Source: Felis catus (lineage: Eukaryota). From it: a DNA stretch of 64,000 nucleotides. A program made the translations under genes and the position numbers. Below, piece after piece: positions 51,440 through 61,984 of this stretch. Each line of letters opens with the position of its first letter. The first letter of the stretch is position 1. The notes under the pieces are model-generated. The model was not told the origin of the DNA. It saw only the letters and a program-made list of their open reading frames with translations, and did no database searches. The stretch is taken from positions 140,494,001 through 140,558,000 of the forward strand of contig NC_058368.1 of assembly GCF_018350175.1 (NCBI RefSeq), in the 5' to 3' direction.

Positions 51440-51760
51440 TGCTTTGAAATATATCTGGTCATAAATGCGCATGGTGCAAAATTTAAAAGGTCGGAAAAGA
51501 GAGTACACAAGTGAGAATTACGTCTTCCTTTTACCCAGTTCCCCTCCACAGAGGTAGTCACTGTTGCTAGTTTCTTTTGTCATTTCTGAATAGCTACATA
51601 TAGTCCTAATACCAGATGTATATACATAAACTCTACATTCACTCACATCTTGCTGTAAAACGGTTAGGCAATTGTGTAACAAAGTTGTGTACACAATTGG
51701 AAACATGATTATGTATTTTTCAGTAATGATGATTTCCTGCAGTCTTTTAACCCTGTTGTA
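51440..51760 (-). mobile_element. Old L1 (L1ME-like) fragment
   Basis: catggtgcaaaatttaaaagg...ttcccctccacagaggtagtcactgttgctagtttctt. Confidence 0.55.
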
Positions 51761-52090
51761 AACAGAAGGAAAACTAGAATGCGGGGCTGAATGGAATGGC
51801 CGTTATGTAAAGCAACTAGTGTTTGGGACCATGGTACCTGTCTCAGAGAGGAAACGTTAGGGGCAGAGGTTCAGCTAGTCACGCTCCCCAGAGCGGCACA
51901 CAGTCTCACAGGTCACATGATGGTGGCCACGTTTTTATGCTGGGCTCCCTTCAAGTTCTTTTTAGCCCTTGTCTCCTCCCTCCCACAGGCAACTATTGGG
52001 ACATGTGTAAAATATGTCATTTAGAGCTGTGTATATTCTTGTATCTCATATGGTATGAGATACCATGTATCTCTATGTATCTCATAGGTA

Positions 52091-52432
52091 TAGTTGACCC
52101 TTGAACAGCACAGAATTGAACTTAAAAATACAATAGACCCTTGAACAACATGGGGTTATATAATAAATAGAGGACTGTAAATGGATTTCCTCTTCCTTAC
52201 GATTTTCTTAACATTTTTTCTCTGCCTTACTTTATTCTAAGAATATGATATATAACCTTATAACCTATATGACATACAGAATATGTGTTAATAGACTGTT
52301 ATTGGTAAGGTTTCTAGTCAACAGTAGGCTATTAGTAGCTAAGTTTTTGGAAGTCAAAACTTACATGCAGATTTTCAATTGCGGTGGTGGGGGTCATTGC
52401 CCCTGACCCCCACGCTGTTCCAGGATCAACAG
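52091..52432 (+). mobile_element. Tigger2a-like TcMar DNA transposon fossil
   Basis: TA-flanked (52089-90, 52433-34); left TIR tagttgacccttgaac, right end ccctgacccccacgctgttccaggatcaacag; internal ggtaaggtttctagtcaacagtaggctattagtag. Confidence 0.92.
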
Positions 52433-52619
52433 TATTTTTAATTTAGGCAGAGGTGAGGCCATCTTAGTTTTAGCTTTTAGTTATTTTTAGTTAGAGTCTT
52501 TTCCTACCAGGCTCTGAAAGCTCCATTCTTAGTGCTAGGTGTACATCTAGTTAGTTGCTATCTACCCTTGTGTGGCAGAGCTGAGATTTTGGAAACAGTT
52601 GAAGTAATTGAGGTGACTT

Positions 52620-53150
52620 TTTACCCCAGTTTTTCTTTGACCTTAATTTTTATCATAAACACATCAAAACAAATTTAAGAGACCTTACAATTCCACCAAC
52701 CTAGTATATCAACTTTTCTAACTTTTTCATAGCAGGCTATACCTAGCATAGTTAAAACCAGAAAAACATAAGTTTGTGTTCTTGTTTTATTCACTTTACT
52801 ACATCATTATTCCTCCCTTTTTCTAAGTTATCATCACAAATGTTAATGGCTGCCTCATATTTCATCTGTATTTATAATTTCGAAGTGTCTGCTGTGAAGC
52901 AACTTTTAAGTTATGTTTAATATCGCTGTAATTAACATCCTTGCACACACACTTGGTCTTTTGTTTTTGTCATTTTCGTTCCATCATCTTGCCAGGATAG
53001 ATGTGCAGTAGGGGATTATGGAGTCAAAGAGGAAAATTGTCCTGTGGTTTATGATGCAACTTGCCACATTCTGCTTCTCGCTGTATTCCCAGAATGCATG
53101 CAAGTGTCTGTCTTCCATTTAAAGCCCACTTCTTTTATTTTTAGTGGTAT
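52620..53150 (-). mobile_element. Old L1 (L1ME-like) fragment
   Basis: ttaatggctgcctcatatttcat...gctgtaattaacatccttgcacac...gtaggggattatggagtcaaag. Confidence 0.55.
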
Positions 53151-53160
53151 ACTTAGAGCT

Positions 53161-53174
53161 GTTGCCATGGGAAT
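53161..53174. promoter_or_regulatory. Candidate RFX X-box
   Basis: gttgccatgggaat vs canonical GTTGCCATGGCAAC (12/14); motif match only. Confidence 0.35.
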
Positions 53175-55269
53175 TGATTTATCAGTGTCACGGTGGTCAG
53201 CGGAGAAATAAGGAACCGCAGGCTCTCTGTTGAGAAGGAGTTGTGGAGAGCGCCATCTGCTACCTGTGTCGCGCATCCTTTCCCTGCCGCCAACCCTCCT
53301 GCACGTACAGCACCGTGTTTGTCATGAGCCTTTCTGCTCTACAGCGTCTGGGTCACCAGCAGCCAGTGGGTGCACAGCCCTGCTCCAGTCTGGCTGGGGA
53401 GCATGTGAGCTGGGAACCATAAACATGGACGTGCGTATGACGAAGAATGGTCCTGGGGATGCTTCTGTCTGCTCCTCACATATCCCAACTGAAGGGCTGT
53501 TAAAAAGTGACTGGCTGCTCATAAAGATGTGTATCCACGAAGAGGGGGTGGCGTGGGAGTGGACCGTGGGAGGCATCTGCAAGAACATTTGTTGGATTCT
53601 TTTCATTCTCCTCTTAGTGACAATGATTGATGGCATCTAGTGAGTCCCCGTTTGTCACTTCCTTGGTACAGCTGGTAGTGGGGGTGGGGGAAATCAGTAA
53701 TGACTGGGCAAAGGATGTAGCTGGAGGGGGTAGGGACTCTTGGTATGGTACTGAAATGACACGTCTTGCCCTTAAACTTCTCATTAGTGTCTTCTCCGCT
53801 GTGCAGTACTACCTGCCAAGAGCTACTTTTTTTTGGGGGGGATCTTTAAGACTCTAGAAGAATTGGTCTTCGAATCTTTGCCTGTTTTCCCGTCTCCAGG
53901 AGAGGGTTAACTTTGCACAGAAGGGCCGGTCCTTGTAGTTTAAGGATGGAAGAGAAGAAGGAAAATCCACACTGGATGCAGTTTTGGACAGTAACGTTTC
54001 CGAAGGTTTGAAAGAGGGCCCGGCTTTAGCTATGACATTTTCTTGGTGTTCTAGAATGTCTGTTTAACAATTCCATGCCGAACATTTGGTTAGAAAGTAG
54101 AAAAGGGTTGTAAAAAAGAGTCGAGGGAAGAGAGCGGTTGTGGCAAATTAGCCAAGTTCAAAGTGAGCCTGTTAACCTTGCTGCTTTCCTTTTCCAGCTA
54201 CTTTGAGGCAAAGCAACGTTAAAAAGTGCAAGAACAGTGATTATTTTGTGGTTAGGTCACATGCGCAATGCAGGCAAACCCAGGAAGGAGAATCTGCTTC
54301 ATCAAGCCTTCAGTTGTTAGGCCACAATTTATGCGGAAGCTTCAGATGAGTGTTGATTTGCCAGGAAACTGCTCCTGTCTAGTGCTTGAAGTTCTTTGCT
54401 TTTTCTCTGCACCCCAGCTCATGGCTACCTTGCAAAATGGAAGGTGTTTTGCACTGAACGAGAACCTTACAGCCTTATCTCACCCTGTAGCAAGTTCTCA
54501 GAAGCCAGGTGAACAGAGCCCAGTGTTTTAGTTCAGTTTTCTACGCACTTGGATTTGCTGGTTTTCCTGCAAGGTATCCTCTGCCCCTGCAGCCTCCCTC
54601 CAGAGGACTTTGAATCTTAGATGTTCAGGCCAGTGTGGCCAGACTCCTTGCATGCATAGCAAAGACCCTCCTTGGAGAATATGTGGTATCTGATGGCTCC
54701 TTTGGAATCTTACACTTGAAACTAATGCTCACCTGCCTATCTCCCTTTTTTTCTTTGGTGAGCAGTTGTTTCTTGAACACCTGTTGCATGGCAGGCCCTT
54801 TCTTTCCCTAGGTGACTCCACATACGGTATTTGCTTTAATTCTCAGGACATCTTTGTAAGGTCGCCGGCGTTGTGCCCAAATTTCTGAAAGGGCAAGTCT
54901 GGATCCAGGTTGACGGCTGCCTGCAAAGGTAACCACAGCTAATGAGTTGTAGAACCAAGCTCATAAGCCAGATTTGGGGGAACCCAAAGTCCAGTGATCC
55001 GCTGCACCCCACAGACACCTCAGAAAGTGAAAGCCTCTTCAGCCAGTCCCAAAGAATACGTTCTCTTCACCTTCTGTTAAAGCACAGGTACGCCTCGCTT
55101 TGGGAAAACAGTCTGTGAAGATCTGAACTGGCTTATTTGAGTTTTAGAGAAGGCTTCACTGTGAGTTTACGCTTCAGAAGTGATGATCCCTAGGAAGTTA
55201 GCATGAGCCCTGTTCACCCCATTCATCGTAAATGAGCTGTCAGAGCAGAGTCGAGTGTGGTGGGACCCA

Positions 55270-55470
55270 TGAGCTGCGGAGGCGACGTTGAGCTTGCATT
55301 GAAGCCTGTTTACTGGCTGTGGGACCGTGAGAAGTTCATACTTGACTCTGAGCCTCATTCCCTCTCTCTCAGAGGGAAATAATTAGCCATCTCATGAGGT
55401 TAGTGTGAGAATACATTCATATCAGTGCCGAGTACCTGCTCGGTGCTGAGCTCACCCATGTGCTGTAGTC
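55270..55470 (+). mobile_element. MIR (diverged)
   Basis: cttgactctgagcctcattccctc...ggaaataattagccatctcatgaggttagtgtgaga. Confidence 0.6.
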
Positions 55471-55869
55471 GTTTGGGAACAGCATTATCGGTGTCCTGGG
55501 AGGCCCGTCAGAGGGGAAGCCTGCCTTCCATGCCTACGTGTAAACATTTGTATAGCCTCTACTAAATACCTCTTAAGTCTTTAGCTGGGGTAAGGCAGTA
55601 GTGTGTGTGTTTGGTGGAGCAGGTGGCTGGGATGGGCTGGGTTAACGAAGGGGAAGCCACAGACTGACGAGAGGAAAAGGCATGTTTGACCTGGTAAGAG
55701 GCGGGCATAATTGCTGCCCCATGAGTGTATGGATGGCAGGGGACAGCTAAACAAATAGAGCGGAGGACAGATGCATTCGGTGGATTATGTTGGCCGTTGT
55801 GCCGAGGGTGGGCCTGGGAGCTTGCAGGGAGCAACGACAGCTACCAGAGCGACCACGGAAGGTGCCTAC

Positions 55870-56065
55870 CGCCTGTAGGACGCTGGTGTCATGCTTTTCT
55901 TCTATTCGCTGACCGTTTTCGGCATCAGTATTACTATTATCCCCATGTTGGAAATTAGGAAACTGAGACCCAGGCTAAGCAACTTAACCCAGCTACGGGA
56001 CAGGTGAGCGGCAGAGTTTGGGTTCAGTCTCAGCATGGCTCTTGAGTTTGTGCTTTCCTGTCATG
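55870..56065 (-). mobile_element. MIR
   Basis: tactattatccccatgttggaaattaggaaactgagacccaggctaagcaactt. Confidence 0.75.
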
Positions 56066-56237
56066 CTGTATGCCTTCTCCGACACGGGAGCTTGCGCTGA
56101 CGGTGCTTTAAGTAAGTGTCAGTCAAACAAATAAATATGAGGTAATCTGCCGGGTAGCAATACATGCAGTGAAGAGAAATGGAATTGGGTAAGGGGTTGT
56201 AGGGGATAAATGTTGGGGGGGAGGGTTGGTTAGCTAG

Positions 56238-56605
56238 TGTCCTTGCTTGGGCTACCATAACAAAATACCTTAGAATGAGGGACTTAACACAAATTGGTTT
56301 TCTCGAATTTCTGGAGGCCAGAAGTTCAAGGTCAGCTTGTCAGCATGTTTGGTTTCTCCTGAGGCATCTCTCTTTCCTTACAGATGACCGTCTTCTCACA
56401 TTGCCTTCCTTCTGTGCGTACATTGCCCCGGGATGTATCTGTGCTCTTCCCTCATAGGGACACGAGTCATTCTGAATTAGGGCCCACCCTGATGGCCTCA
56501 CTTTAACTTAATCTTCTCTTTCTCCAAATATAGTTGCATTATGAACCACTAAGGGTTAGGATATCAACATGGGACTTTGGAGGGGACACCCTTCTGTCCA
56601 TAAGA
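56238..56605 (-). mobile_element. MLT1B-like MaLR LTR
   Basis: gggctaccataacaaaatacc...ttctggaggccagaagttcaaggtc...gaattagggcccaccctgatggcctcactttaactt...gggttaggatatcaacat...ccataaga. Confidence 0.92.
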
Positions 56606-57560
56606 CTGCACCCTCTTGGGGCGCCTGGGTGGCGCAGTCGGTTAAGCGTCCGACTTCAGCCAGGTCACGATCTCGCGGTCAGTGAGTTCGAGCCCCGCGT
56701 CAGGCTCTGGGCTGATGGCTCAGAGCCTGGAGCCTGTTTCCTACTCTGTGTCTCCCTCTCTCTCTGCCCCCCCCCCCCCCCGTTCATGCTCTGTCTCTCT
56801 CTGTCCCAAAAATAAATAAACGTTGGAAAAAAAGATTCATCCTGAGGCGAAAATTCCTTTACAGCCATGAACCTGTGAGACCAGGCAAGTTGCATGTTTC
56901 CAAATTATAGTGGGGGACAGGCCCAGGTATTCCCATTCTGAAAGGGAGAAAGTAAAAAGAAGAAAGGGGCCACGGATCCCAAGCAAGTCAAAACCAAGCA
57001 GGGCAAGTTACATTAGATTTTAAGGCTCATGAGCCATCCTCTTGGCACTCTGTCCTGGCCATCAAGGAGGTGGCCCTGCCTTCCAGGCCCCCTGGGGCAG
57101 CAGCATGGCCCAGTAAAACCAAGGGGGAGACAGAGGCCGGACCTGGGGTAGGAAGGCAGCCTTGTCAGTCTCTGAATCACCTTCAGGCTCATTCTTCCCT
57201 TTTCTTGTTCACAGCCAGATAATTTTGCTGTCTGGACCGTAGAATCCCAGAGGTCTGACAACCTTTTTCCTCTTTGCCTCGTAGAGACAAGACACTTGTC
57301 TGAGTCTAAGTGGGCAGTGTCTCTGCTGTTGTAGCCCCATCTGTACGCCTTCCTGACTGTGAGATGAATGAGAGGGACTCTCAGGCAGTGATTATCCAGC
57401 CACACCCCTTGTTCCTCCAGAACATGCTTTCTCATTTTTTTGCAATGTTGGTAGGCAGAGAATTTTCCAAATCTTCAAGTCCTGCCTTTTTGCATAACAA
57501 TTTCTTCTTTCTCTATTTCCTCTCGTGTTAAGCAGTAAGGCTAATCCAAGCTGTGCTTCT
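56606..57560 (-). mobile_element. MLT1 internal region (MLT1-int) adjoining the LTR, interrupted by a SINE
   Basis: gattcatcctgaggcgaaattcc...tttccaaattatagtgggggacaggc...ttcccattctgaaagggagaaa...cccaagcaagtcaaaacc matches recalled MLT1-int. Confidence 0.85.
56618..56833 (+). mobile_element. Young feline SINEC_Fc-type SINE, no TSD
   Basis: ggggcgcctgggtggcgcagtcggttaagcgtccgac...aaacgttggaaaaaaa; flanks ctgcaccctctt and gattcatcc share no duplication. Confidence 0.97.
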
Positions 57561-58231
57561 GATTTTTTAATATTTCATTTATTATGTTTATTAATGATAA
57601 TTCTTCCTTCACTTTCCGAGCCTTAAAACCAGATGGTTGATATGGTTAGAAGCACGTGAAAAGATACCTGCACTCAATGTTTTCCTTCATAGGGAATTGT
57701 ACTAGTTAGGTGTCTCAATCAATATGCTTGTTAAGAAAAAAAAAAAAAAAAAGCTTAGAGTGTTTTCTTTTAGTTTTCTCCTGCTTCTGTCCTCCATCGC
57801 GAACTAGATTAAAATCACAAATTGCCGTTTTTCCCTGTACTCCTATTCCACCCGGCTTTTATCAGTATTTCAATGTTTCTACCACAAGACTTGATGTTGG
57901 CTCAAGTGTTTGGTGTAATCAGCAAACCAGTTCTTGTCTTTATATATGCAGAAGAGACAAACTTGAGAATGCGCTGTATTTCATTATTTTCTATTTATGA
58001 AATAAGACATGCTTATGACAAAACAATGATACGTGAAAAGATAAAAAGTCCACCAGTTATGTAATTACACAAGGAAAACCACTGTTAATATTGGCTGTAT
58101 GTTTTTTCTGGTCTGTGTGCATTTATTTATATATATGTAATTTTAGAAATAGGATTATCAATTTTATAATTTTGCCTCCTGTCCTTTTCTCTGAAATTTA
58201 CCACCAGTATTTTTCCATTATCTTAACTATT

Positions 58232-58438
58232 TTTGACACAGAGTGTCTACGAGTAGGGGAGGCATAGAAGGGAAGAGAGAGAGGGGGGGGGAGAGGGAGA
58301 GAGAGAGAAAATCTTAAGGGGGCTCCGTGCTCAGCGCAGAGTCTGACGTGGGGCTCAATCCCTCGACCCTTGGGACCATGACTTGAGCTGAAATGAAGAG
58401 TTGGACGTTTTAACTGACTGAGCCACCCAGGCGCCCCA
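58232..58438 (-). mobile_element. CAN-SINE (SINEC), diverged, within old L1-like sequence
   Basis: GA tract, gtggggctcaatccc...catgacttgagctgaaat...actgagccacccaggcgcccc. Confidence 0.92.
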
Positions 58439-58649
58439 GTTTTCTTAGATATTTTTTGAAAGTATCCTTAGTGGCTATATAACACTGTAAACAATGGCCA
58501 CAACATGATTTTATTAGACATGGAGGCTATTTTCAGTTTTGGTGTTGGACAAAAATCTTGGACCGTAGCTGTGTTTATTAAACTATATTCACAAAGTAAA
58601 ACATCTGGATTGTATTTTAAGTTTCTTCAGCTATTCTTTCAAGAGCCAT

Positions 58650-58865
58650 ACAGTGTGGTGGTGAATGTACACACTGCCGAGTGATCTTTGGATTCCTATT
58701 TTGCTGTTCCCTCTTATATACAATCTTCGACATGATGTTTCATCTTCCTTGGTATCTGACTCCTCATGTTGTTAAAGATGATAACCCACTGGATTATGGG
58801 AAGAGTGAATGAAACTTTATGAAGCACCATGCCCTGAACTTAACAGGTGTGCAATAATATTTACC
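58650..58865 (+). mobile_element. MIR (diverged)
   Basis: tacagtgtggtgg...ctcctcatgttgttaaagatgataa...gaagcaccatgccctga. Confidence 0.55.
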
Positions 58866-58974
58866 ATCCTATCAGGAGATTGCTCTTGAGAAAGTTTGTG
58901 CTAGTAGATTCTAACTGCTTGAACATACCGGGGAGGTTGCATATCTGAGAACCTGCGGGCACATGTATTAGACA

Positions 58975-58988
58975 CCAGCAGAGGGCAG
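58975..58988 (+). promoter_or_regulatory. Candidate CTCF core motif
   Basis: ccagcagagggcag fits CCASYAGRKGGCRS exactly; binding unproven. Confidence 0.45.
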
Positions 58989-60189
58989 AAAACTTTGGAA
59001 GATTCTAAGGAGGTGTGACCTGTGAACCCGCCTCATTCTCGCCCTGATCTCTGGATCCCAGAGGCTCCAAGGCTCCAAACACTTCTTCTCAAGTATATGT
59101 ATTTGTTTAATTCCCACATTAAAACCAAGTGCATGTTTTGGGTTAAAAGATTTTTTCTTATTTTATAGGCTCTTTGCTTTATGGGATGTCTGCTTACCTA
59201 GAAATTTTAGCACATGTAAATGTCTTTTTTGTGTTCATGTATCTGTGTCTGTCACGCCAGTCATCTCTGCAAGCACGTGGTACTACCAGTATAACACATC
59301 CAGGTAGGTGGTTAACTGGGCCAAGCCTAAATAGAAGCATAGTAAAGTCTGGTGCCTGGAGTAAGGATGAATTATCCGTCGAGCATGTATCTGAGCAACT
59401 GTATTTTGTGAAAAAAATTTACGTAAGTTGTCTTTTTTTTTTTTTTTTTTTTTTCAAAATCTTCAAATACTTACCCAACCTGTTAGAAATAGGCCTACGA
59501 GGTTTGCAGGCTTCCCTTATTTCCATCACTGCCCCAGGCCTGTATGTTTCTTTCTCTTTCTTCCTTATCCCACATCTAAGGGAAACATAAGGGGAAGGAG
59601 AGCACCGTTAATACATTCGTTAAATATGCTTCTCTAAGAAATAACTCACCCACGAAGATTCTCTGAAAAAACTCGTTCAAGAGAAGAGAATCTTAGGTGT
59701 GACTTCCAGGTGCCAGCTCTCTCCTAGAAGCTGTACTGAGGCTGTTCAGCTGAATTCGCAAAACAACTTTGAACTCTTGGCATCCCAACATCAGTGATAA
59801 TCTGAGACTCTGCTCTGTAAACTGAGGGGCTTTGCCTGATCCTCTCCTTGGAACAGTAGTAGATTCTCAAAAGTATGAATTGGACTAAACCTCTCAAGGT
59901 TATGTGTGGTAAGGAAATGGACCATAGTCAAACTTGAGGACAGGCTAAGAATTGTGGTTAATGTTGGCTAGGTGCTTACTGAGTGCTGGGCACAGGGCCG
60001 AACGTTGTACACATATTCTCGTTAACTCCATACAGTAGCCCCTCCCCCCTAGAGGACAGACACTTTTAAGTCTCTTTGTTTTCCAGACAGCTCAGTGATG
60101 TTGTGCTGCAACTAGAATTTGCACCCAGAAAGTGTAACCCCCGATGCCACAGTTTTACCAAATTGTACTGCATCTTTCACTTGCCTGCC

Positions 60190-60692
60190 ATTTCTTTCAT
60201 TACATGAAATGTTGCTAAGTGTTCAAGGAAAAGGGTTTTGTGGCCCAAAACCGTGGGGAACATTAGGTTAAAGGAAAGTAAACTTGGCTTCCTACTTCAG
60301 GAATTCTCTGAGCTTTTGGCATAGTATTACTGCCACTTAGGAATCTTCCAGAGAGGATATAGAATGCAGCATTTTTTTTTTTCAACGTTTATTTATTTTT
60401 GGGACAGAGAGAGACAGAGCATGAACGGGGGAGGGGCAGAGAGAGAGGGAGACACAGAATCCGAAACAGGCTCCAGGCTCTGAGCCGTCAGCCCAGAGCC
60501 TGACGCGGGGCTCGAACTCCCGGACCGCGAGATCGTGACCTGGCTGAAGTCGGACGCTTAACCGACTGCGCCACCCAGGCGCCCCGAATGCAGCATTTTT
60601 AAAATTTAATTGCCCCCCTTCCCCGTTCCTCCCAGGACACTGGTAGTATCTCATGGAGCCAGCATCCTGTGGAACACAGTTTGGGAAATGCT
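60190..60692. mobile_element. hAT-Charlie-like fossil interrupted by a young SINE
   Basis: Right end tgtggaacacagtttgggaaatgct resembles a Charlie-type terminus; family uncertain. Confidence 0.5.
60377..60585 (-). mobile_element. Young feline SINEC_Fc-type SINE
   Basis: Intact CpGs; 15-bp TSD gaatgcagcattttt at 60362-60376 and 60586-60600. Confidence 0.98.
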
Positions 60693-61984
60693 TGCCAGAC
60701 TTAGTAGATTTTGCTGTATCCTCTCCTTCCTCAAGAGGAGAGTGAGACATACATCCAAGGACGTCTGCCCCATTCCTGCTAGATGTGGAGTCATCTACTG
60801 ATTGTTCTCATGGTACTGTATGTCTGTGTTTTAAAGGAAACAATTCACGCATTTTTTTTTTACATTCCCCATGTCATTTTCTTATAGTGAACTAAATAAG
60901 CATTGTATGAGCATAGGTTGGAGCTCAGTTTTACAGTGTGTGATTTCCTACATCCCTGTTCACTTGTGCTAACAAGGCTGATTGAATTGGGGTCACCATT
61001 TTGCATCAGCTTCCAGCAAATGAGAAAGGTTGACCATGAAAGTTTAATCCAGTCCTCCTGACATCTGACTTCCCAATGGCACAAAAGGGACCACTTACAC
61101 TAGACGTATTAAAATATCTGGTCTTTGCTTTTATTTTTTTTAAATACCTCATAAGCTGATTTTCAAAACATTTAGGGAGATGAATTGACTTGTAATACTT
61201 GAAAGTTCGTACAACTAGACCCTGCCTTAAAATAAGGTTTGTGCAGGGAAAAAAACACACAGTTTTTCTTTTGTGGCCAGCAATTGTCCTTTGGGGACGT
61301 TTCTTCCATACAGTGCTGGATGATAGAGACCAAAATTTATAGTTAGTGATTTCCTGAATAACAATTCAGATAGTAAATGCCTCGGTGAAACAACTTTCAT
61401 ATGTTCTGCAAGGCACAAGTTAGCACAGTAGGATGGACCATTTGTCTCATGGTTTCTATAAGGTTTTTTTTTTTTTTTTTTTTGGTCTCTTGCAAGACAA
61501 AATGGCGTTTGTTATTTTTCTTTTTGGCCTTAACCTAAAAAGAAAAAAAATTGAGAAGCTGCTCGAATGATAAAAAGGAAAATTCCTTTTCCTCTTACTT
61601 CTAATTTCTCTGTCCCTAGCGAGTGATCTGAACTTTCCCTACAGAGAGAAAAGAGAAGAATCACATGGATAGGAAAGTAGTGCCTTCGTCCTGAAAAGGA
61701 AGATGAAGTTCTAGAATGGCTCTTCAGATTCTCATAAGAAATAGCTTTGACTTTTGCTTTGGGATGAGACGTTCACATACTGGTGTTGTGGCTCAATGGG
61801 AGTAATCAGTAGAAGGACCAGGGAAGAACAGTACAAGGGCAACAGGCCAACTCTGGTTTTCATTTGTGAGGGTTTTTAGGTTGATTTTAAAGACAGGCTC
61901 CAGGCTCTTGACGACAGGAGGTCTTTGTAGCTTGATTTTATTGTGTGCATACTTCATGTCTTATCCATATGTAAACCATCCATA

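Noticed and set aside
55422..55449. Hairpin tcagtgccgagta-cc-tgctcggtgctga as a possible miRNA precursor
   Set aside because: Too short for a pre-miRNA, relies on G-U pairs, and lies in a MIR remnant
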